A stretch of DNA of 64,000 nt from Escherichia coli (GCF_030013205.1 NZ_CP122648.1), one strand, 5' to 3'. Positions 8,580 through 19,827 are shown, counted from the first letter of the stretch. The notes: generated from the sequence alone by a model not told the origin. Numbers and translations: made by a program.

Positions 8580-8771
8580 ATGCTTGGTAAGGTATTTTTT
8601 GTGGTTTTGTCATGTTCTTTGTTATTAAACCCACTAACTACCTATGCTAGAAATTATCCCTGTTCAGGGAAAAAGGGAGGTGTTTCTCACTGTACCTCAG
8701 ATGGCAAATTCGTTTGCAATGATGGAACTATTAGTAAATCCAAAAAAATCTGTACTAAAAACTCACGATAA
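8580..8771 (+). CDS. Small secreted Cys-rich protein (63 aa), cargo gene in the cI-int operon
   Basis: Strong GGGAGG ribosome-binding site 6 nt upstream; N-terminal signal-peptide-like hydrophobic segment followed by a Lys/Cys-rich mature region. Confidence 0.5.
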   Translation: MLGKVFFVVLSCSLLLNPLTTYARNYPCSGKKGGVSHCTSDGKFVCNDGTISKSKKICTKNSR

Positions 8772-8959
8772 CTTTTGCTTTTATATCTGCGCCTAAAATA
8801 AAAATGAGCCGCAGGTTAACCGCAAAAGTTACATGCTCACATAGCAAAAAGAATAGCCAACTTAATTATGGCTTCAGTGAGATGTATGGTCGTAGGATTT
8901 CATACATTGACACTGGTTATACATACAGTGAAAATGCTCTCTACTGGAGGGCATTTTTT

Positions 8960-10012
8960 ATGGCAGTACGAAAACTCACCACAGGGAAATGGCTTTGCGA
9001 ATGTTACCCCGCCGGACGTAATGGGCGTCGTGTGCGTAAACAATTCGCCACCAAAGGCGAAGCACTGGCCTTCGAGCGATACACCATGGGGGAAATAGAA
9101 GCAAAGCCCTGGCTGGGCGAATCAGTGGATCGTCGGACACTGAAAGATATGGTTGAGCTATGGTTCAAATTACATGGCAAATCTCTTACTGCCGGACAGA
9201 ATGTCTACAACAAGCTGCTGTTGATGGTTGACGCCTTGGGAAATCCCCTTGCAACTGATCTCACCTCAAAAATGTTTGCTCACTATCGCGATAAACGCCT
9301 TACTGGTGAAATCTACTTCAGTGAAAAATGGAAGAAAGGAGCAAGCCCAGTTACTGTTAACCTGGAGCAAAGCCATCTAAGCAGCGTTTTCAGAGAACTT
9401 TCCCGCCTGGGTGAATGGACACTTCCAAACCCATTAGAGAAGATGCGCAAATTCACTATCGCAGAAAAGGAAATGGCATGGCTTACACATGAGCAGATTA
9501 TCGAATTACTGTCTGACTGCAAACGTCAGAACCCAATTCTGGCACTGGTAGTCAAGATATGCCTAAGCACAGGCGCACGCTGGCGAGAAGCAATAAATCT
9601 TACCCGCTCACAGGTGACCAAATACCGAATTACCTTTGTAAGAACGAAGGGGAAGAAAAACAGGAGCATCCCTATCAGTAAAGAGCTTTACGAAGAGATC
9701 ATGGCGCTTGATGGGTTCAATTTCTTTACAGACTGCTATTTTCAATTTTTATCCGTGATGGAAAAAACGTCTATCGTGCTCCCTCGCGGTCAACTGACAC
9801 ACGTTCTGCGCCATACGTTTGCGGCGCATTTCATGATGTCGGGTGGAAATATCCTTGCTTTGCAAAAAATCCTCGGACATCACGATATAAAAATGACTAT
9901 GCGTTACGCACATCTGGCACCGGATCATCTGGAAACGGCGCTCCGTTTCAATCCTCTGGCAACGCTGCCAAGTGGCGACAAAGTGGCGGCAGCGGTTGGC
10001 ATTACCCCGTAA
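8960..10012 (+). CDS. int: Tyrosine integrase (P2/186 family)
   Basis: ORF 8804-10012; start set at internal Met (MAVRKLTTGKWLCECYPAGRNGRRVRKQF...) typical of P2-family integrases; C-terminal HxxR...Y catalytic region (LRHTFA...MRYAHL). Confidence 0.85.
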   Translation: MAVRKLTTGKWLCECYPAGRNGRRVRKQFATKGEALAFERYTMGEIEAKPWLGESVDRRTLKDMVELWFKLHGKSLTAGQNVYNKLLLMVDALGNPLATDLTSKMFAHYRDKRLTGEIYFSEKWKKGASPVTVNLEQSHLSSVFRELSRLGEWTLPNPLEKMRKFTIAEKEMAWLTHEQIIELLSDCKRQNPILALVVKICLSTGARWREAINLTRSQVTKYRITFVRTKGKKNRSIPISKELYEEIMALDGFNFFTDCYFQFLSVMEKTSIVLPRGQLTHVLRHTFAAHFMMSGGNILALQKILGHHDIKMTMRYAHLAPDHLETALRFNPLATLPSGDKVAAAVGITP

Positions 10013-10116
10013 TAACCACCACTGACCACCACATTAAGTTATTGTTTTTCATCTAACTTATTGTTTTTATTAACCCATTTAGATAAGTGGTTTTTTTGTT
10101 GCCTGAAATTTATCTA

Positions 10117-10653
10117 CTACCCTGCAACCCTCTCAACCATTCTCAAAATCTCCTCGCGCGATAGCGGCTTACGGTCGGTGACAAAATGCAGCGTCATCCC
10201 CTCAATAAACGCATCAAGCGCGCGTGCGGTTCCGGGTTCAAACCATTGTTCGAGCGTTTGCTGACTGCGCTGCATCCAGTTTTGCATTACCGTTTTTAAT
10301 AGCGGTTTTCGGCTAGCCAGCGCGTAGAGCTGGTACATCAGCTCCATATTATCCGGCGTTGCAACCTGTGAGCTGTAAATCATATCGGTGATAGCCTGGC
10401 ATGCGCCCGGAGCATCACTAACATCGCTAAAAAATGCCTGATATTGCCGGGACATGATCTCAGTAAAACTGCTGAACGCCTCCAGCAACAACTCATCAAT
10501 TCCTGAAAAATAGTAGGTCATCGACCCCAACGGTACCCCGGCAAGGGTAGCAATTTTGCGGTGCGTAACAGCATGTATTCCATAAAGTTTCACCGCCTCC
10601 AGCGTGGCCTGGATAATTTTTTCTCGCCGTTGCGGATCGTTAGCGCGACGCAT
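10117..10653 (-). CDS. rcdA: TetR-family transcriptional regulator RcdA
   Basis: Protein recognised as E. coli RcdA (YbjK); 178 aa from [14 protein letters not shown]... Confidence 0.9.
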
Positions 10654-10736
10654 GTCATTTCCTCTCTCTGCAATTGTGTACAAATGTACACAACCTTGAT
10701 AATGTTGTCTTCCCTCTTCTTATTTTGACGTGATCT

Positions 10737-11945
10737 ATGACCGTAAATTCTTCACGTAATGCATTGAAACGCCGAACCTGGGCGCTGTTTATGTTCTTCT
10801 TTTTGCCGGGCCTGTTAATGGCGTCCTGGGCAACCCGTACGCCTGCTATCCGCGATATTCTTTCTGTTTCGATCGCTGAAATGGGCGGAGTCCTCTTTGG
10901 TCTGTCGATCGGTTCAATGAGCGGTATTCTCTGCTCGGCGTGGTTAGTGAAACGCTTTGGGACGCGTAATGTCATCCTGGTCACGATGTCCTGCGCATTG
11001 ATCGGGATGATGATACTAAGTCTGGCACTCTGGCTGACATCGCCCCTGCTCTTCGCGGTTGGTCTCGGCGTCTTTGGGGCAAGTTTTGGTTCTGCGGAAG
11101 TGGCGATAAACGTTGAAGGTGCCGCCGTTGAGCGAGAAATGAATAAAACGGTTTTGCCGATGATGCACGGTTTTTATAGCCTGGGCACGCTGGCAGGCGC
11201 AGGTGTCGGGATGGCACTTACGGCCTTTGGCGTTCCGGCAACGGTGCACATTTTATTGGCGGCGCTGGTAGGCATCGCGCCTATTTATATCGCCATTCAG
11301 GCAATCCCTGATGGTACGGGCAAAAATGCTGCCGATGGCACCCAGCATGGTGAAAAAGGCGTACCTTTTTATCGCGATATCCAGTTGCTGCTGATTGGTG
11401 TTGTGGTGCTGGCGATGGCCTTTGCCGAAGGTTCTGCCAACGACTGGTTACCCTTATTAATGGTTGACGGTCACGGTTTTAGCCCTACTTCCGGCTCGCT
11501 GATTTATGCCGGTTTTACCCTGGGGATGACCGTTGGACGCTTCACTGGCGGTTGGTTCATCGACCGTTACAGTCGCGTTGCCGTGGTTCGGGCCAGTGCA
11601 CTAATGGGGGCGTTAGGTATTGGGCTGATTATTTTTGTCGATAGCGCCTGGGTCGCTGGGGTGTCTGTTGTACTCTGGGGACTGGGTGCCTCGCTGGGCT
11701 TCCCACTGACCATTTCTGCCGCCAGCGATACCGGCCCCGATGCACCAACCCGCGTCAGTGTGGTAGCAACGACCGGTTATCTGGCTTTCCTCGTCGGGCC
11801 GCCGCTGCTGGGCTATCTCGGCGAACATTATGGATTACGTAGTGCAATGCTGGTTGTACTGGCGCTGGTTATTCTCGCGGCTATTGTCGCGAAAGCCGTC
11901 GCCAAACCCGATACCAAAACGCAGACGGCGATGGAGAATAGTTGA
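10737..11945 (+). CDS. ybjJ: MFS-family inner membrane transporter YbjJ
   Basis: 402 aa polytopic ORF recognised as YbjJ. Confidence 0.9.
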
Positions 11946-12760
11946 TGAGCATTAAATTAATTGCGGTAGACATGGATGGTACTTTCTTAAGCGATCAAAA
12001 AACCTATAACCGTGAGCGGTTTATGGCTCAGTATCAGCAAATGAAAGCACAAGGCATTCGCTTTGTGGTCGCCAGCGGGAATCAATATTATCAGTTGATC
12101 TCTTTCTTCCCTGAAATTGCTAATGAAATTGCCTTTGTGGCTGAAAACGGCGGCTGGGTAGTGAGCGAAGGCAAAGATGTTTTTAATGGCGAGCAGTCGA
12201 AGGATGCGTTTGCTACTGTCGTGGAACATTTGCTGACGCGCCCGGAAGTGGAAATTATTGCCTGCGGAAAAAATAGCGCCTATACCCTCAAAAAATATGA
12301 CGATGCCATGAAAACGGTGACGGAAATGTATTATCACCGTCTGGAATACGTCGATAACTTTGACAACTTAGAAGATATCTTCTTTAAGTTTGGTCTGAAT
12401 CTTTCCGATGAACTGATTCCACAAGTACAAAAAGCATTACATGAGGCCATCGGCGATATTATGGTGCCGGTCCACACCGGCAACGGCAGCATCGATCTGA
12501 TTGTCCCCGGCGTACATAAAGCCAATGGCCTTCGCCAACTGCAGAAATTATGGGGAATAGACGACAGCGAAGTAGTGGTCTTTGGCGATGGCGGTAACGA
12601 TATTGAGATGCTGCGTCAGGCAGGCTTTAGTTTTGCAATGGAAAATGCCGGCAGCGCGGTCGTCGCAGCGGCAAAATACCGGGCAGGCTCCAATAACCGT
12701 GAAGGCGTACTGGATGTGATCGATAAAGTGCTTAAACACGAAGCGCCATTTAACCAATAA
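11945..12760 (+). CDS. ybjI: HAD-family phosphatase YbjI
   Basis: Cof-type HAD motifs (IAVDMDGTFL); paralogous to ybiV in this window. Confidence 0.9.
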   Translation: MSIKLIAVDMDGTFLSDQKTYNRERFMAQYQQMKAQGIRFVVASGNQYYQLISFFPEIANEIAFVAENGGWVVSEGKDVFNGEQSKDAFATVVEHLLTRPEVEIIACGKNSAYTLKKYDDAMKTVTEMYYHRLEYVDNFDNLEDIFFKFGLNLSDELIPQVQKALHEAIGDIMVPVHTGNGSIDLIVPGVHKANGLRQLQKLWGIDDSEVVVFGDGGNDIEMLRQAGFSFAMENAGSAVVAAAKYRAGSNNREGVLDVIDKVLKHEAPFNQ

Positions 12761-12844
12761 AACGGCAGCACGCCCGGCAACACAATGCCTGAATGAAGAT
12801 TGCATAATTCGCGGAAATTAACCCGCTGCATTATTTCAGGCGAA

Positions 12845-13129
12845 ATGATTATGAAAAATTGTCTACTGTTGGGCGCGCTTTTAATGGGCTTTACTGGTGT
12901 GGCGATGGCGCAAAGTGTCACCGTCGATGTGCCGAGTGGATACAAAGTGGTTGTGGTTCCTGATTCAGTCAGCGTTCCACAAGCGGTCAGCGTCGCGACT
13001 GTGCCGCAAACCGTCTATGTGGCTCCTGCGCCAGCTCCGGCTTACCGCCCGCATCCTTATGTTCGCCATCTTGCCAGCGTAGGTGAAGGGATGGTTATCG
13101 AACACCAGATTGACGACCATCACCATTAA
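12845..13129 (+). CDS. ybjH: Small secreted protein YbjH
   Basis: 94 aa with signal peptide MIMKNCLLLGALLMGFTGVAMA. Confidence 0.8.
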   Translation: MIMKNCLLLGALLMGFTGVAMAQSVTVDVPSGYKVVVVPDSVSVPQAVSVATVPQTVYVAPAPAPAYRPHPYVRHLASVGEGMVIEHQIDDHHH

Positions 13130-13135
13130 TTCGAG

Positions 13136-13170
13136 AATGCCTGATCGCACAAAGCAATCAGGCATTTTTT
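13136..13170. terminator. Rho-independent terminator between convergent ybjH and mdfA
   Basis: Hairpin GCCTGATCGCACAAAGCAATCAGGC followed by T7. Confidence 0.7.
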
Positions 13171-14402
13171 TACCCTTCGTGCGAATTTCCCATCTGTTTA
13201 TCTTTTAAAAAGATAACCATCAGCAACAGCCACAAAATTCCGTTGACAAGGTTGAAGAGATTAAACAGTCCGTTGCCCCCGTTCAGCCAGGCATGTTTGC
13301 TGATTTCAATACCGACGGTAAAGATCAGCATTTGCAGCATCCCCATCGCCGCAGAAACCGTACCTTTACTCATATCGCTGGCAAACAGAGTTAATCGCAC
13401 CAGTCCCGCATTCGCCAGACCAATACCGAAAGCATAAATACTTAACCCGGCGGTCATCCATAAATACGCGTGCGATGAGATAACCGTTGCCGCAGCAGCG
13501 ACAAACAGACCAATCATAATCGGCCAGCCGCCCATAATAATCAGCGAACGTACGGTGCGGCGCGAGGTCAGACGCGCTAGCAGCAAGTTACCCGCAATTA
13601 ACGCCCCGAAAATAGGCACTTGCAGCAAGCCATATTCATAGCTGCTCAACTGCTCACCGGTAATGATGATAATCGGCGACTGGGCGATCCACGCCAGCAA
13701 CGGCAGGCTAACGAATCCCAGCGCCAGCGCCCCCGCCACAAAGCGACCGTTCTTCAGCACCAGCTTATAGTCACGACCGAGTTCTTTCAGCGACAGTTTC
13801 TCGCCTATACGCGTGGCGGTTTCAGGCATGGCTCGTTGCAGACCGAAAAAGGAGATCGCTGCCAATGCGGCAAACAAAACAAACATCCCCTCCCAGGGCA
13901 GCACATGGATCCACGCCGCGCCCACCAGCGGACCAAGTAGTGGAGCAATCAGCGCCACGTTCGCCATTAGCGCGGTGATCTTGATACAAACCGCCTCTTC
14001 GAAGGATTCCTGAATTGCGGCATATCCCACAGCGCCAATGAAACAGAGGCTTATGCCCTGCAAGAAGCGCAACAGGGTGAATTGTTCAATGTTTTGCGCC
14101 AGTAATATTGCCAGACAGGTGACGATAAACCACACCACTCCCGCCAGCATCACCGGACGGCGGCCAATACGATCCGACAGTGGCCCCAGGAGCCATTGTA
14201 AAAACATCCCGCCCGCCAGATACGCAGTCATCGAAGTAGGAACCCAATCAATGCCCGCCTGATATTGTTCCACCACGGCCAACATACCGGGTTGAATCAT
14301 ATCGTTGCCGATATAGGTTGAAAATTCGTAAAGCACCAGACAGAGAGGGAAAAGTAACGCCTGACGTCCAAGCCTGGCACCGGAAGCTAATTTATTTTGC
14401 AT
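13170..14402 (-). CDS. mdfA: Multidrug efflux MFS transporter MdfA
   Basis: 410 aa from [21 protein letters not shown]..., recognised as MdfA/Cmr. Confidence 0.92.
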   Translation of the reverse strand: MQNKLASGARLGRQALLFPLCLVLYEFSTYIGNDMIQPGMLAVVEQYQAGIDWVPTSMTAYLAGGMFLQWLLGPLSDRIGRRPVMLAGVVWFIVTCLAILLAQNIEQFTLLRFLQGISLCFIGAVGYAAIQESFEEAVCIKITALMANVALIAPLLGPLVGAAWIHVLPWEGMFVLFAALAAISFFGLQRAMPETATRIGEKLSLKELGRDYKLVLKNGRFVAGALALGFVSLPLLAWIAQSPIIIITGEQLSSYEYGLLQVPIFGALIAGNLLLARLTSRRTVRSLIIMGGWPIMIGLFVAAAATVISSHAYLWMTAGLSIYAFGIGLANAGLVRLTLFASDMSKGTVSAAMGMLQMLIFTVGIEISKHAWLNGGNGLFNLFNLVNGILWLLLMVIFLKDKQMGNSHEG

Positions 14403-14686
14403 GCAATTTCTTCGCCAATAATAATCGCGCAAAGTTTAATAAAAGCGCAGCTAACGAGAAAGCGAATTTTGTAGCTGAAACCACGGTTAAGCACATTCTT
14501 ACATTATCGCGAGTATAGCTACGCTTTCTTTAAGTTTTATTTAACCTATGCCCGTTACAATCACCCACCGTAAACAGGCCGCTTGAGGGAAATAAGACGA
14601 TGCCGCTTTACCCAGTTTAACCTGCACTTTATTCTCAACGACTTGCCTGTATTGGCTCCCTTTTAATCACTTTGCGTCGGGAAGTT

Positions 14687-15283
14687 ATGCTGGAAAATTT
14701 GAATCTCTCTCTATTCTCTCTTATTAACGCGACGCCAGACTCTGCGCCGTGGATGATCTCGTTGGCGATTTTTATTGCTAAAGATTTGATTACCGTGGTG
14801 CCGTTGCTGGCCGCGGTACTTTGGCTGTGGGGGCTTACAGCACAACGGCAACTGGTGATAAAAATCGCTATCGCGCTGGCGGTCAGCCTGTTTGTGTCCT
14901 GGACGATGGGGCATCTTTTTCCGCACGACCGACCCTTTGTCGAAAATATCGGCTATAACTTCCTGCATCATGCGGCGGATGACTCATTCCCGAGCGATCA
15001 CGGTACGGTGATTTTCACCTTTGCACTGGCATTTTTATGCTGGCATCGCCTGTGGTCCGGCTCACTTTTAATGGTGCTGGCCGTCGTCATTGCCTGGTCG
15101 CGCGTTTATCTTGGCGTCCACTGGCCGCTGGATATGCTCGGTGGATTGCTGGCAGGTATGATTGGCTGCCTTAGCGCCCAAATTATCTGGCAAGCGATGG
15201 GGCATAAACTCTATCAACGTCTGCAATCGTGGTATCGCTTCTGTTTTGCATTACCGATCCGCAAAGGCTGGGTGCGTGACTGA
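14687..15283 (+). CDS. ybjG: Undecaprenyl-pyrophosphate phosphatase YbjG (PAP2 family)
   Basis: 198 aa from MLENLNLSLF...; PAP2 motifs. Confidence 0.9.
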   Translation: MLENLNLSLFSLINATPDSAPWMISLAIFIAKDLITVVPLLAAVLWLWGLTAQRQLVIKIAIALAVSLFVSWTMGHLFPHDRPFVENIGYNFLHHAADDSFPSDHGTVIFTFALAFLCWHRLWSGSLLMVLAVVIAWSRVYLGVHWPLDMLGGLLAGMIGCLSAQIIWQAMGHKLYQRLQSWYRFCFALPIRKGWVRD

Positions 15284-15340
15284 TCTCTGCTAAAAAGTGT
15301 AGTATTGAGCGGCTCGCTTCAATAACTATTCAGAGGGATT

Positions 15341-16099
15341 ATGGAAACACGTCGCGAAGAGCGTATCGGGCAGCTGCTGCAAGAATTAAAACGCAGCGAT
15401 AAGTTACATCTTAAAGACGCCGCCGCCCTGCTTGGGGTTTCGGAGATGACGATTCGTCGCGATCTGAACAACCACAGTGCGCCCGTCGTTTTGCTCGGCG
15501 GCTATATTGTTCTGGAACCGCGCAGCGCCAGCCATTACCTGTTAAGCGATCAAAAATCCCGCCTGGTGGAAGAAAAACGCCGGGCGGCAAAACTGGCTGC
15601 GACGCTGGTAGAACCCGATCAGACCCTCTTTTTTGACTGTGGCACCACCACACCGTGGATTATTGAAGCGATTGATAATGAAATCCCTTTCACCGCCGTT
15701 TGTTATTCGCTAAATACCTTTCTGGCACTGAAAGAGAAACCCCATTGCCGCGCGTTTCTGTGTGGTGGTGAATTTCACGCCAGCAACGCCATTTTCAAAC
15801 CCATCGATTTTCAGCAAACGCTGAATAATTTTTGCCCGGATATCGCTTTTTATTCCGCGGCGGGGGTGCATGTCAGTAAAGGCGCTACCTGCTTTAATCT
15901 TGAAGAGTTGCCGGTAAAACACTGGGCCATGTCGATGGCGCAAAAGCATGTGCTGGTTGTCGACCACAGTAAATTTGGCAAGGTGCGTCCGGCGCGCATG
16001 GGTGACCTGAAACGCTTTGATATTGTTGTGAGCGATTGTTGCCCGGAAGATGAGTATGTGAAGTACGCGCAGACGCAGCGTATTAAGTTGATGTATTAA
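15341..16099 (+). CDS. deoR: DeoR transcriptional repressor
   Basis: 252 aa, DeoR-family HTH plus sugar-binding domain. Confidence 0.9.
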   Translation: METRREERIGQLLQELKRSDKLHLKDAAALLGVSEMTIRRDLNNHSAPVVLLGGYIVLEPRSASHYLLSDQKSRLVEEKRRAAKLAATLVEPDQTLFFDCGTTTPWIIEAIDNEIPFTAVCYSLNTFLALKEKPHCRAFLCGGEFHASNAIFKPIDFQQTLNNFCPDIAFYSAAGVHVSKGATCFNLEELPVKHWAMSMAQKHVLVVDHSKFGKVRPARMGDLKRFDIVVSDCCPEDEYVKYAQTQRIKLMY

Positions 16100-16106
16100 T
16101 GACGTA

Positions 16107-16137
16107 TAACCGGATGACGTTTCGCGCCATCCGGTTA
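16107..16137. terminator. Palindromic hairpin between convergent deoR and dacC
   Basis: TAACCGGATG-N11-CATCCGGTTA inverted repeat. Confidence 0.5.
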
Positions 16138-16145
16138 TCAGAAGA

Positions 16146-17348
16146 TTAAGAGAACCAGCTGCCGAACCACTGATGGAATTTCATCATCACGAAATCCCAC
16201 ATCCGACCAAAGAATCCGCCCTCTTCCACATTTTCCATCACGATCAGCGGACGCTGCTCAATGGATTTACCGTTAAGCTGGAAATCAATGGTGCCGACAA
16301 CCTGACCTTTTTTCAGCGGTGCGGTAAGCTGCGGTTCCGTTAACGTATAACTCGCCTTCAGGTTTTTCAGCTGCCCACGTGGTATGGTCACTGAGCCCGC
16401 TTCGCCTGCCCCGAGATTCACTTCGCTCTTATCACCAAACCAGACGCGCTGAGTCACAAAGGTGGCATCTGGTTTAATTGGCGTCACGGTTTCAAAGAAA
16501 CGGAAGCCCCAGGTCAATAATTTCTCAGACTCATTAAAACGGATACGGTCAGTTTTCGCCCCCAGCACTACGGAGATTAAACGCATATCGCCCTGGGTAG
16601 CCGAAGCAACCAGATTATATCCCGCGCCTGCCGTGGTTCCTGTCTTCATGCCATCAACATTCAGATTGCTGCTCCACAGCAGACGGTTACGGTTAGGCTG
16701 TCGAATTTTGTTGAAGGTGAACTCTTTCTCTTTATGAATGGCATACTCTTCCGGCACATCGTGGATCAATGCTTTACCCAGCAATGCCATATCGCGCGCG
16801 GTACTGAACTGCCCCGGCGCATCCAGACCGTGCACCGTCTGGAAGGTAGTGTTGGTCAGACCCAGTTTTTTGGCATAACCATTCATCAAACCAATAAATG
16901 ACTCCTGGCTCCCGGCAACGTAATCGGCCAGCGCAATACAGGCGTCATTACCGGACTGGATAATCACACCTTTGTTCAAGTCTGCCACCGAAACCTGATC
17001 GCCCGGTTTGAGGAACATTACCGATGAACCACGCAGTGCCGGATTTCCCGTCGCCCAGGCATCCTTACCGACCGTCACCATATCGGTGAGTTTAATCTTA
17101 TCGGCCTTAAGCGCCTGCCCAACCACATAGCTGGTCATGATTTTAGTCAGGCTCGCGGGATCCAGTTTCTCATCCGCATTGCCTTCTGCCAGCACTTTAC
17201 CGCTGGCGTAATCCATTAAAATCCATGCACGCGCATCCACGCTCGGCGCTTCAACGGTTTGTTCCGCCGCGAATGCCGTTGGGGCAAAAAGGAATAAAAA
17301 TGCAGAACCCGCTGCAAGACCACGAAGGAGAGAGGAGTATTGCGTCAT
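16146..17348 (-). CDS. dacC: D-alanyl-D-alanine carboxypeptidase PBP6
   Basis: 400 aa from [14 protein letters not shown]...; SxxK motif (ASLTK). Confidence 0.92.
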   Translation of the reverse strand: MTQYSSLLRGLAAGSAFLFLFAPTAFAAEQTVEAPSVDARAWILMDYASGKVLAEGNADEKLDPASLTKIMTSYVVGQALKADKIKLTDMVTVGKDAWATGNPALRGSSVMFLKPGDQVSVADLNKGVIIQSGNDACIALADYVAGSQESFIGLMNGYAKKLGLTNTTFQTVHGLDAPGQFSTARDMALLGKALIHDVPEEYAIHKEKEFTFNKIRQPNRNRLLWSSNLNVDGMKTGTTAGAGYNLVASATQGDMRLISVVLGAKTDRIRFNESEKLLTWGFRFFETVTPIKPDATFVTQRVWFGDKSEVNLGAGEAGSVTIPRGQLKNLKASYTLTEPQLTAPLKKGQVVGTIDFQLNGKSIEQRPLIVMENVEEGGFFGRMWDFVMMKFHQWFGSWFS

Positions 17349-17594
17349 AAATGCCACCCGAGTATCCATTCAAAAAAAATACGTTATATCGCCGTATGAT
17401 AAGTTCGGTGATTAATAACGCACACACAAACTTAAAGAAACCGTAAGTTGGTAAAGTTTTTAAAGTTTATGCAATATCCTGCCGCTTCGCTGCTTCTGGT
17501 GTCATTTTTTTGCCAGCTGTTGCTTAAAAGTTAACTTTACTTCACCATCGGAGTCCTGTTCAGCCTGTGGCTGCCTGTCGGAAAAGGGGTGAGT

Positions 17595-18221
17595 ATGATT
17601 ACGCTGTGGGGTCGGAATAATTCAACCAACGTAAAAAAAGTATTGCTGACGCTCGAAGAACTGGAACTACCTTATGAGCAAATTCTCGCGGGCCGTGAGT
17701 TTGGGATAAATCACGATGCTGATTTTCTGGCGATGAACCCTAACGGGCTGGTGCCGTTGTTGCGTGACGACGAAAGTGATCTCATTCTTTGGGAATCAAA
17801 CGCTATTGTCCGCTATCTGGCGGCACAGTACGGGCAAAAACGCCTGTGGATCGACTCACCGGCACGTCGTGCGGAAGCAGAAAAATGGATGGACTGGGCA
17901 AACCAGACGCTCAGTAATGCCCATCGCGGGATCCTGATGGGATTAGTCAGAACACCACCGGAAGAGCGCGATCGGGCCGCCATTGATGCCAGTTGTAAAG
18001 AGTGCGACGCCCTGTTTGCCCTGCTCGATGCGGAACTGGCAAAAGTAAAATGGTTCTCTGGCGACGAGTTTGGTGTGGGCGATATCGCTATCGCACCGTT
18101 CATCTACAATTTGTTTAACGTTGGCCTGACCTGGACACCGCGTCCAAATCTGCAACGCTGGTATCAGCAACTCACTGAACGCCCAGCAGTGCGCAAAGTG
18201 GTGATGATTCCCGTTAGCTAA
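17595..18221 (+). CDS. gstB: Glutathione S-transferase GstB
   Basis: 208 aa from [15 protein letters not shown]... Confidence 0.9.
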   Translation: MITLWGRNNSTNVKKVLLTLEELELPYEQILAGREFGINHDADFLAMNPNGLVPLLRDDESDLILWESNAIVRYLAAQYGQKRLWIDSPARRAEAEKWMDWANQTLSNAHRGILMGLVRTPPEERDRAAIDASCKECDALFALLDAELAKVKWFSGDEFGVGDIAIAPFIYNLFNVGLTWTPRPNLQRWYQQLTERPAVRKVVMIPVS

Positions 18222-19333
18222 TTGCGTGGGCTAACTTTAAGTAATTCCCCACTGGACTCGTCTGTGAGAACGTATAAATAACCGTCGGGTCCAGTGCGAA
18301 CATCACGAATTCGCTGCCCTCTGTCCGTTAAAATACGGCCATCTTCTGTCACTTTGTCGCCGTTGACGCTCATCACAATGACATCTTTATCTTTCAGCGC
18401 GCCAATAAATAATTTTTGCTGCCACTGGGGGAATTTATCGCTGTTATAGAAGGCCATGCCGCTCACGGCGGGCGAATCTTTCCAGTAAAAAACAGGTTGC
18501 TCGGTCCCGGCGACGATCTCCCCTTTCGCTTCCGGTATCTTAAAGCCTGAATAGTTGATTCCCCAGGTTGCCAGCGGCCAGCCGTAGTTTTTGCCTTTTT
18601 GCGGGATATTAATTTCATCGCCACCGCGCGGGCCATGTTCATTCAGCCATAGTGCATTACTCCACGGATTCATCGCCATTCCTTGCGGATTACGAATGCC
18701 ATAAGACCAGATCTCGGCGCGCGCACCGGATTCCTTTATAAAAGGATTATCATACGGGATTTCGCCCTGGTCGGTCAGACGCACCAGTTTGCCCTGTAAT
18801 TTATTCAGATCCTGCGCCGTCGGGCGCTGATTGTTTTCGCCCAGAGCAATAAAAAGATAACCTTTACCGTCGAATACCAGCCGCCCGCCAAAATGGTTGC
18901 CGGTAGACAGTTTTGGCATCTGGCGAAAGACGGTGCGGAAGTCGGTCACCTTTGAGAGATCATCACTTAAGCGGCCATAACCCACAGCAGTTCCGGCTTT
19001 GCCATCATCGCCAACTTCGGAATAACTTAACCAGATGCGGCGAGACTGAGCAAAATCAGGCGCTAAAACCACATCCAGCAGGCCACCCTGCCCGTGCGCC
19101 CAAACTTCCGGCACTCCGGAAAGCGGCGCAGATAATCCTTTTCCTGCTTGCCAGTGACGCAACTCGCCGCCGCGCAGAGTGATTAACATACCGTGATTGT
19201 CGGGTAAAAAGGCCAGCGCCCAGGGATGGTCGAGTTTGTCCTGCAGTACTTCGACATTTACCGTTGCAGGAGCCGCCCAGAGAGCGGAAGAAAGACAAAT
19301 AAGGGGCACAAGGAAAAAGGATTGTCGATGCAT
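18218..19333 (-). CDS. yliI: PQQ-dependent soluble aldose sugar dehydrogenase YliI
   Basis: 371 aa with signal peptide; recognised sequence. Confidence 0.9.
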   Translation of the reverse strand: MHRQSFFLVPLICLSSALWAAPATVNVEVLQDKLDHPWALAFLPDNHGMLITLRGGELRHWQAGKGLSAPLSGVPEVWAHGQGGLLDVVLAPDFAQSRRIWLSYSEVGDDGKAGTAVGYGRLSDDLSKVTDFRTVFRQMPKLSTGNHFGGRLVFDGKGYLFIALGENNQRPTAQDLNKLQGKLVRLTDQGEIPYDNPFIKESGARAEIWSYGIRNPQGMAMNPWSNALWLNEHGPRGGDEINIPQKGKNYGWPLATWGINYSGFKIPEAKGEIVAGTEQPVFYWKDSPAVSGMAFYNSDKFPQWQQKLFIGALKDKDVIVMSVNGDKVTEDGRILTDRGQRIRDVRTGPDGYLYVLTDESSGELLKVSPRN

Positions 19334-19443
19334 AACGCCTCCGGATTGACTCTGGCTTAAAGCGTAGTCAGTGGAGGAGATAACAAATTTATTTTTACAA
19401 AAACTTAAACATGAAGGGGGAGACGCTTTCTCCCCCTTAGTTT

Positions 19444-19827
19444 TCAGGCCTTCTCAAGCATGGCGTGCTTCTGCAGGCTCTGGATACTCAGCGTTAAGCT
19501 CATCAGACAATTTTCAAGCTTATCGGCGTTGACGGTAATAACAGTCGGGCAATCATGGTGCCCACTCATCAAACATACTGCGGCTGTCGCTAATGCTTCT
19601 TCAGCATGATGAAGAGCACTCCACTCTTCCTGATCCAGATGAAGATTCAACCGCAGCGATTTATCGTGCAGTTCGCGATTCAGTTTAAAAAAGTTATCTC
19701 GTAGATGATTGCTTTCGCTGACGGACATGTATCCTTTTGCCTTCCTCAGTTGCACGTATGCGGCGAGGTCAACGCGTGCGTCGATCAACCGGTTCAGCAG
19801 ATCGATTCGCTGTCTGTCAACGAACAT
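19444..19827 (-). CDS. bssR: Biofilm regulator BssR
   Basis: 127 aa recognised as BssR/YliH. Confidence 0.9.
   Translation of the reverse strand: MFVDRQRIDLLNRLIDARVDLAAYVQLRKAKGYMSVSESNHLRDNFFKLNRELHDKSLRLNLHLDQEEWSALHHAEEALATAAVCLMSGHHDCPTVITVNADKLENCLMSLTLSIQSLQKHAMLEKA

Larger units (their letters stand above)
1..10116. mobile_element. Defective P2/186-like prophage remnant (lysogeny module plus tail/baseplate genes plus cargo); left end may lie beyond the window start
   Basis: Contiguous phage-family genes (int, cI, apl-like, cII-like, R fragment, S, V, W, J, I, H, G) beside chromosomal rcdA; no capsid, terminase, lysis or replication ORFs in the window; AT-rich cargo ORFs interspersed. 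Confidence 0.8.

Noticed and set aside
8804-8959. 52-codon N-terminal extension of the integrase ORF
   Set aside because: P2-family integrases begin at the MAVRKL-type Met; the upstream codons have no recognisable integrase sequence and no ribosome-binding site
10013-10116. Possible RybB sRNA gene in the int-rcdA spacer
   Set aside because: Neither strand resembles the RybB sequence as I remember it, so no ncRNA feature is called here; the hairpin plus T-run present more likely terminates int
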